21,741 nucleotides of DNA from Burkholderiales bacterium (lineage in GTDB: Bacteria; Pseudomonadota; Gammaproteobacteria; Burkholderiales; Burkholderiaceae_D), in NCBI GenBank assembly GCA_016177875.1, contig JACOUL010000008.1, positions 143,432-165,172 of the forward strand, written 5' to 3'. The position numbers and the translations under genes were made by a program. Positions 16,335 to 21,741 of this stretch are shown here, piece by piece (position 1 is the stretch's first letter; each line of letters begins with the position of its first letter). Below the pieces are notes generated by a model, which was given only the letters and a program-made list of their open reading frames with translations, was not told the origin of the DNA and made no database searches.

Positions 16335-17534
16335 ATGGCTCTGCTCACGATCGACGAGCCGCTTGTGCCCCCCGCCAAGCCCTCGCTTGCCAATCATCCC
16401 CTGTTCCGCCTGGGTTTTCGGCCCTTTTACTTGCTGGCGGCTGCGTTTGCCGCTGTCGCCGTTCCTTTATGGCTGCTTCGTTTATTCGGCTTCGTGCCCA
16501 GCCTTAGTCATATCAATCTGGCTTGGCATGTGCACGAGATGGTGTTCGGTTTTGCGATCGCCGTCATCATCGGCTTTTTATATACCGCTGTCCGCAATTG
16601 GACCGGCTTGCAGACGCCGCACGGCAAACATTTGGCTGCGCTGGCCGGTTTATGGCTGGCCGGCCGCTTCGCCATGCTGGTTTTGCCCGCTGCGTGGGCT
16701 GCGCCCATCGACTTGGCGTTTTTACCGGCGGCAGCTTGGCCGATTTACCGCGTGCTGAAAAAATCGGGCAATCGACGTAATATGTTTTTGGTCGTCTTGC
16801 TTGGCTTGTTGATTTTTGCCAACGCGGTATTCCATGCCGCCAACACAGGCTTGTTCACCGCTTCTTCTTTGGCGCCGCTGCAGGCGGCAATCTTGATTAT
16901 CGTGATGATCGAGACCGTGATCGCCGGCCGCGTCATTCCGGGATTTACCGCGAACGCGGTGCCGAGTATCAAGCCTTTAACCGACAAGCGGCGCGACCAG
17001 ATCACGTTTGTGGTCACCGCAGTCACCGCGCTCGCCTGGATTGCCGGCGCGCCACCCATCTTGATGGCTTCCCTGGCCTTGGCTGCCGCCGTGTCGCAGG
17101 TGCTCCGCTTGGCAGGCTGGAAAAGTTATCGCACCTTGGCTCAGCCTTTGTTATGGATACTTCATGTGTCGTATGGCTGGATCCCCATGGGATTCGCCAT
17201 GCTGGGATTGGCTGCGTTGGGCATCGTCTCCAGCAGTGCCGCATTTCATGTGCTGACAATCGGTTCGATGGCCGGCCTGATCATCGGCATGATTACCCGT
17301 ACGGCATTGGGCCATACCGGCCGCCGGTTGACCGCAGGACGGTGCGAATTGCTCATGTATTTACTGGTGCAAGTTGGCGTGCTTGCGCGCCTGCTGGCTG
17401 CGTTGAACGTGGCGAGCCTGCAGCAAGCCGGGCTGATCGTCGCGGCTGCTGCCTGGTCGAGCGCTTTTCTTTTATACCTGATCGTCTACGCGCCGTATCT
17501 GATGGCAGCGCGCGTCGACGGCCGCCAAGGTTAG
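16335..17534 (+). CDS. nnrS: NnrS-family haem-copper membrane protein (nitric-oxide stress response).
   Basis: About 12 transmembrane helices. Conserved His residues in the NnrS pattern (NLAWHVHEMVFGF, FHAANTG, LHVSYGWIP, ALGHTGR). 399 aa. Downstream of narXL. FNR/DNR-type box upstream. Confidence 0.85.
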   Translation: MALLTIDEPLVPPAKPSLANHPLFRLGFRPFYLLAAAFAAVAVPLWLLRLFGFVPSLSHINLAWHVHEMVFGFAIAVIIGFLYTAVRNWTGLQTPHGKHLAALAGLWLAGRFAMLVLPAAWAAPIDLAFLPAAAWPIYRVLKKSGNRRNMFLVVLLGLLIFANAVFHAANTGLFTASSLAPLQAAILIIVMIETVIAGRVIPGFTANAVPSIKPLTDKRRDQITFVVTAVTALAWIAGAPPILMASLALAAAVSQVLRLAGWKSYRTLAQPLLWILHVSYGWIPMGFAMLGLAALGIVSSSAAFHVLTIGSMAGLIIGMITRTALGHTGRRLTAGRCELLMYLLVQVGVLARLLAALNVASLQQAGLIVAAAAWSSAFLLYLIVYAPYLMAARVDGRQG

Positions 17535-19117
17535 CGCGGCTTTCTCTTCTCCTCCGGCCGTTCGTGCGCGGGCGGCGGCATTTCCTGCGTTGGAAGCTCG
17601 GCCGCTTCGAGCGGCGACATTGCCGGTCCATGCAAGACTTCGCCGGTTGCAGAAAAGCGCGAGGCATGGCAAGGGCAATCCCAGGATTTTTCTGCGGCGT
17701 TCCACGCCACCACACAGCCGAGGTGCGTGCAGGCGGCGGATAACGAATGCAACTCTCCGGCTTCATCGCGATATACCGCCAGCTTTTTTATGCCGTCGCG
17801 CAGGATCGCGCCGTGACCCGCACGAATCTCATGCGTCGAATCCACTTCGCCGGGCGTCAGCCAATCGCGATACTGCGAAATGGTATTGGCTTGTTCCTTC
17901 AAAAATTCGCTCATGCCATGAATGGCTTTGCGCGCCGGATCGTAGATCGCTTCCCAAGGGTTGTCGCGGCCCATGATCAAATCGGAAATTAAGATGGCGC
18001 CGGCCGTGCAATGCGTCATGCCGTTGCCAGAGTCGCCGGTGATGATGTAGACGTTGTCGTTGTCGAGCGGATTGCGGCCCAGATATGCCACGCCGTCGGC
18101 GGGCTCCATTATTTCGCCGGACCAGGCATATTCGACGTTCTCCGCCATCGGATAGCGTTCGCGTACCCAGTTCTCGACAATCGCATAATGCTGTTCGGGA
18201 TGCACCTCTTGGCCGACTTTATGGTCGGCGCCGCCGACGATCAATACGTCATGATCGGCAAATAAATCGGTCGGCGCCAGTCGCACGTAATAATACGGAT
18301 CGCCGGTATCCCATAACTGTACTCTCGGCACCGAGCCTTTCGGCACGCGCATGCCGACCACATAAGTCCGGTAGCCGGACTGCTTGGTATGCATCACGAC
18401 GCGGTCGTTGAAGGGTGTATTGGTGGCGACCACTACCGCATCGGCGCGAATACGGCCTCCGTTCGTGACGACGACTTGCTTTTGATTGTTGTCTTCAATT
18501 TTCAGCGCGCGGGTTTCGCCGTAAATTTGGCCTCCGTTCGTGGCAAACGCACGCGCCAAGCCTGCGAGATACTGTAGCGGATGAAATTGCGCGCAATGGT
18601 GAAAGCATAGGCAGGGGCCGGTATCGAAACTCTGGTTCGGCGCGCGCGCCAACATGTCGACATCCAAGCCGGCGCGGCGTGCCGCCGCCAATTCATGCGT
18701 TAAATCGAGATGCTGTTCTTCGATCAAAGAGAAGAGATAGCCGTCGACGCGTTCGAAACTGCAAGCAATGCCTTCATCTTGAACAATCGATTCCACCAAG
18801 TCGGTCGCAGCGCGATAGCTGTCGGCAATTTGTTTTGCTTTGGCACTGCCGAAAGCCTGCTCGATTTTGAAATAGCGATTATCGGGCGGAAAGAAATGCG
18901 CGGTCGTGCGTCCGGTTTCGCCGGCGCCGATCTCCATCGCATCGATGAGGACGACTTTCTTACCTTGCTTGCCCAGTAAGTAAGCGGTGGTTAAGCCGGC
19001 AATGCCTGCGCCGATAATGCACACTTCAGCATCGATATTGCTTCGTAAAGGTTCACAGCGGGGCACTTCCGTTGTGGTCATCCAAATGGATGTCGAGCCT
19101 TGATGGGAGTTGTGCAT
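17531..19117 (-). CDS. Fusion protein: FAD-dependent oxidoreductase (DAO-type) with a C-terminal Rieske [2Fe-2S] domain (B. subtilis YhfW-like architecture).
   Basis: Dinucleotide-binding fold VCIIGAGIAGLTTAYLL...VVLID at the N-terminus. C-terminal Rieske boxes CTHLGC and CPCHAS 15 aa apart. AAAGGA Shine-Dalgarno 8 nt upstream of ATG 19117 (minus strand). Stop codon overlaps the nnrS stop. Confidence 0.8.
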   Translation of the reverse strand: MHNSHQGSTSIWMTTTEVPRCEPLRSNIDAEVCIIGAGIAGLTTAYLLGKQGKKVVLIDAMEIGAGETGRTTAHFFPPDNRYFKIEQAFGSAKAKQIADSYRAATDLVESIVQDEGIACSFERVDGYLFSLIEEQHLDLTHELAAARRAGLDVDMLARAPNQSFDTGPCLCFHHCAQFHPLQYLAGLARAFATNGGQIYGETRALKIEDNNQKQVVVTNGGRIRADAVVVATNTPFNDRVVMHTKQSGYRTYVVGMRVPKGSVPRVQLWDTGDPYYYVRLAPTDLFADHDVLIVGGADHKVGQEVHPEQHYAIVENWVRERYPMAENVEYAWSGEIMEPADGVAYLGRNPLDNDNVYIITGDSGNGMTHCTAGAILISDLIMGRDNPWEAIYDPARKAIHGMSEFLKEQANTISQYRDWLTPGEVDSTHEIRAGHGAILRDGIKKLAVYRDEAGELHSLSAACTHLGCVVAWNAAEKSWDCPCHASRFSATGEVLHGPAMSPLEAAELPTQEMPPPAHERPEEKRKPR

Positions 19118-19144
19118 AATGGCTATCCTTTCTATTCTATTCAG

Positions 19145-19184
19145 TTGGGGACAGAGTAACGCTTCGCTTAACGCTGTCCCTCAA
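19145..19184. promoter_or_regulatory. Forty-base-pair imperfect inverted repeat TTGGGGACAG-N19-CTGTCCCTCAA in the divergent intergenic region between the FAD/Rieske gene and the second two-component system. It contains the internal direct repeat TAACGCT ×2.
   Basis: Perfect 7-bp arms GGGACAG/CTGTCCC, read from the sequence, with partially symmetric flanks. It lies between two divergently oriented start codons, so it is operator-like rather than terminator-like. Confidence 0.4.
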
Positions 19185-19314
19185 TGCCTAAAACGTTAGG
19201 CTTTAAACATTCATGCAAGTTCATCATCGCGGCGTCGTGTTTTGAATGAAGGAATTTTGTCCATGTAGAAAAAATGTGCAAAAATCAGTCACCGTTTATC
19301 TCAGGTGAATGACA

Positions 19315-19977
19315 ATGCGGTTTTTGCTGGTCGAAGATGACTCGATGGTGGGCGAAAGTCTGCGCAAGGCGTTGCGCCAGGATGGCTTTACCATTGACTG
19401 GGTACAGGACGGTCGGGCGGCGGAAGTCGCCTTGAGCAGTGAAACGTATGATTTGCTTCTGCTGGATCTCGGGCTGCCGAGCAAGTCGGGACTGGAAGTA
19501 TTGCGATCTGTACGGCAAACGGGCAATCGCATTCCAGTATTGATTTTGACGGCGCGGGATGCGGTATCCGATCGAATCACCGGCCTGGATGCGGGTGCCG
19601 ACGATTATCTAATCAAGCCATTCGATTTCGATGAGCTGGAAGCACGTATCCGGGCGCTGCTGCGCCGCCAGGCCGGACGCGTCGATTCGGTGATTCGCCT
19701 GGGTGAGCTCACGCTCAACACCACCAGCCGCGAGGTGCATTTCAAGGGGCAGGCGGTAACCTTGTCCGGACGCGAATACGCGCTCTTGGAAGCATTCCTG
19801 GACCGGCCTGGCGCGGTGTTGTCCTTGGCGCAGCTGGAAGAAAAAATTTACGGCTGGGATGATGAAATCGGCAGTAATGCCGTCGAAGTCTATATCCATG
19901 GCTTGCGCAAAAAACTCGGTTCGGACTTCATCAAGAATGTGCGCGGCGTCGGCTACATGGTGCCCAAACCGCAATGA
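19315..19977 (+). CDS. OmpR/PhoB-family response regulator, paralog of the 8382-9053 regulator (PmrA/QseB-like). Start placed at ATG 19315.
   Basis: AGGTGA Shine-Dalgarno at 19303-19308, 6 nt before ATG 19315 (MRFLLVEDD). Receiver and winged-helix motifs near-collinear with the first regulator (LLLLDLGLPSKSGLEVL, ILTARDAVSDRITGLDAGADDYLIKP, VRGVGYMV). Confidence 0.9.
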   Translation: MRFLLVEDDSMVGESLRKALRQDGFTIDWVQDGRAAEVALSSETYDLLLLDLGLPSKSGLEVLRSVRQTGNRIPVLILTARDAVSDRITGLDAGADDYLIKPFDFDELEARIRALLRRQAGRVDSVIRLGELTLNTTSREVHFKGQAVTLSGREYALLEAFLDRPGAVLSLAQLEEKIYGWDDEIGSNAVEVYIHGLRKKLGSDFIKNVRGVGYMVPKPQ

Positions 19978-21275
19978 ACTCTATCCGTAATACCTTGCTG
20001 GTCTGGCTCCTGCTCGGCGTGACGACCGCAATCTTGCTGGCGGCGACGCTGGTCTACTTCCAGGCGCGCAACGAAGCCAATACTTTGTCCGATACGCAGA
20101 TGAAGCAATTGGTGGCTTCCTTGCCGCAGTCGCCGGGGCCGATTCCCACGACGCGCAACAATGACACGAATATGCCGGACGATTTCGTGGTCCAGGTGTG
20201 GGATGACAATAACGGTTTTCGGCTGTATGTCTCACATGAAGTGACGGATCTTCCTCAGTTAAAAACGCTGGGATTTCATGACGTTGGATTCGCCGGCGTC
20301 GACTGGCGGATTTATAACGCTCATCTCGGCGAAACCATTGTTCAGGTGGCGCAGCTGGCGAAAGTGCGTCACGAGGTTGCAGCGAAAGTCGCCTTACGGA
20401 CCGTGGCGCCCTTACTATTGCTGCTGCCATTTATCGCAATATTGATTTTGGTCGCTGTAGGCCGCAGTCTGTCGGCGGTCAAGCGCGTGGCCGCCCACGT
20501 AGAATCGCGCGATGCCAGCTCCTTGCCGGCGATTCCGGATGCCGAGTTGCCGCGAGAGATTAAGCCGCTTACGCACGCCTTTAACGACTTGCTGGCCCGT
20601 TTGCGCGCCGCGATTGCCGCACAGCGTGCCTTCATTGCCGATGCCGCGCATGAACTTAAGACGCCGCTGACCGCATTGCGATTGCAAATCCAGCTCGCCG
20701 AACGCGCGCGTACGCCGGACGAAAGAGGCGCGGCATTTGCCGACGTCAAAGGCGGGCTTGAGCGCGCCACGCATCTCGTGCAGCAATTGCTGACTCTTGC
20801 CCGGCAAGATCCGAGCGCGTCGGAGCAGGTGCAAGCCAAGCTCGAGTTGGCCTCGCTTGCGCGCGGCGTCGTTGCCGATTTTGTGCCGCTTGCCAATGCC
20901 AAGAATATCGATCTCGGGATTCGCGCCGACAAGGATGCGCATATTCTCGGGAACGCCGATTCCCTGCGTATTCTGCTCAATAACTTGGTCGACAATGCAA
21001 TTCGCTATACGCCGGAAGGCGGCACTGTCGACGTCTCTATTCAATCAGACGGTTTTCGGGTTTCGCTCGCTGTGGACGATACCGGCCCTGGCATTCCGGA
21101 AAAAGATTTAGCGCGGGTGCAAGACCGTTTTTACCGCGTTCCCGGCAACAAAGCCGAAGGCAGCGGATTAGGTCTTGCGATCGTCAAGCAGATTGCTGTG
21201 GCGCACCAATCGGAGCTAGGCCTCATCAATACTTCTCATGGGCTGCAGGCGAATATGACCTTTGCTGAAATTTAA
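19974..21275 (+). CDS. QseC/PmrB-like membrane sensor histidine kinase, partner of the 19315 regulator.
   Basis: ATGA overlap with the regulator. Transmembrane helix 1, an approximately 120-aa periplasmic domain, transmembrane helix 2. H-box FIADAAHELKTPLTAL. N/G-boxes (LVDNAIRYTP, DDTGPGIPE, GSGLGLAIV). Confidence 0.9.
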   Translation: MNSIRNTLLVWLLLGVTTAILLAATLVYFQARNEANTLSDTQMKQLVASLPQSPGPIPTTRNNDTNMPDDFVVQVWDDNNGFRLYVSHEVTDLPQLKTLGFHDVGFAGVDWRIYNAHLGETIVQVAQLAKVRHEVAAKVALRTVAPLLLLLPFIAILILVAVGRSLSAVKRVAAHVESRDASSLPAIPDAELPREIKPLTHAFNDLLARLRAAIAAQRAFIADAAHELKTPLTALRLQIQLAERARTPDERGAAFADVKGGLERATHLVQQLLTLARQDPSASEQVQAKLELASLARGVVADFVPLANAKNIDLGIRADKDAHILGNADSLRILLNNLVDNAIRYTPEGGTVDVSIQSDGFRVSLAVDDTGPGIPEKDLARVQDRFYRVPGNKAEGSGLGLAIVKQIAVAHQSELGLINTSHGLQANMTFAEI

Positions 21276-21299
21276 GAAAAATCAAATTCTTTTCAAGCA

Positions 21300-21321
21300 A
21301 GCCGCGGAGCGGCTAAGTTTT
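21300..21321 (+). terminator. Rho-independent terminator candidate after the second histidine kinase: AGCCGC-gga-GCGGCT followed by a T-tract after 2 nt (aaGTTTT).
   Basis: 6-bp GC-rich stem, 3-nt loop, then T-tract aagtttt. 25 nt after the kinase stop. Confidence 0.5.
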
Positions 21322-21546
21322 AAAAATATTTTTAAAATTTTAAGTCTGGTTTAAATTTCCGCACATAAGATTCGATTGCCTAATTGCGTCCGAGCGATGA
21401 AAAGTTTTTTTGCCTCGGAGTAATTACAGGGAGCCGAATAATACTCGTCGATTCGTCGATGCAAATCACGCCAAGGCGTCAAGTAGATTCGGAAAGAATT
21501 GCCGGAGGGAAAATTCGGCCTTAAAAAACCATTTTTTGGAGATAGC

Positions 21547-21741
21547 ATGAGCATCAAGGTAAAAGTCCTGACCGCAGCTGTGTGCGGCGCATTGGCAGTT
21601 GGTTTTTCCGCGCCTGCGTCTGCGCAGATCTCGGGCGATGTCATTAAGATTGGCTTGATCACGGACATGTCCGGCGTGTACGCTGACGTTGACGGCCCTG
21701 GCGGCGTAGAAGCCGTGAAGATGGCCATTGCCGACATGGGC
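21547..21741 (+). CDS. Periplasmic ABC-transporter substrate-binding protein (Leu/Ile/Val-binding LivK-like family), 3'-truncated at the window end.
   Basis: GGAGA Shine-Dalgarno at 21536-21540. MSIKVKVLTAAVCGALAVGFSAPASAQ signal peptide followed by IKIGLITDMSGVYADVDGPGGVEAVKMAIADMG, typical of family-4 substrate-binding proteins. The track misses it because no stop codon lies in the window. Confidence 0.6.
   Translation, partial: MSIKVKVLTAAVCGALAVGFSAPASAQISGDVIKIGLITDMSGVYADVDGPGGVEAVKMAIADMG

Noticed and set aside
16303-16758. 151-aa plus-strand ORF overlapping the nnrS 5' region in another frame
   Set aside because: It is out of frame with nnrS, whose frame carries the conserved His/transmembrane pattern. 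It is Pro/Cys/Ser-rich and not protein-like.
20369-21044. Two overlapping ORFs of about 208 aa on the minus strand (20369-20995 and 20415-21044), antisense to the second histidine kinase
   Set aside because: They are shadow ORFs in a GC-rich region. The Ser/Ala/Arg-rich translations have no domains.
21351-21737. 128-aa minus-strand ORF at the window end
   Set aside because: It overlaps the plus-strand substrate-binding protein gene, which has a Shine-Dalgarno, a signal peptide and family motifs. The minus frame has none.
1-21741. Searched for mobile elements, CRISPR arrays, tRNA/rRNA genes and compositional islands
   Set aside because: None were found. There are no long terminal inverted repeats, transposase or integrase motifs, or repeat-spacer arrays. 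Codon usage and GC look uniform across the window.

Overview
The window reads as a single chromosomal stretch from a moderately GC-rich Gram-negative bacterium, probably a betaproteobacterium (inferred from gene content and order). I saw no compositional break, mobile element, tRNA/rRNA or CRISPR array.

Gene order:
- narH (5'-truncated), narJ, narI and a parvulin-type PPIase, then dinB.
- A CaCA antiporter convergent with a CDF metal exporter.
- A five-gene operon encoding three putative haem proteins (a DUF1924 mono-haem protein, a dihaem cytochrome c and a membrane cytochrome b561) ending in a PmrA/QseB-type response regulator and QseC-like kinase.
- moaA translationally coupled to a beta-carbonic anhydrase.
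- narX-narL, followed by a DUF3391/HD-GYP c-di-GMP phosphodiesterase and nnrS.
- A convergent FAD-oxidoreductase::Rieske fusion gene (minus strand).
- A second, paralogous PmrA/QseBC-like two-component pair, divergent from the fusion gene.
- The 5' end of a periplasmic substrate-binding protein gene.

The most interesting candidate is the uncharacterised haem-protein redox module hard-wired to a two-component system, preceded by a PmrA-box-like direct repeat (GTTAAG-N5-CTTAAG). Other candidates are an FNR/DNR-type box at class-II distance upstream of nnrS, a degenerate SOS box upstream of dinB, and a long imperfect palindrome in the divergent promoter region of the second two-component system.

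All products are called from recognisable motifs in the supplied translations; no database search was possible.
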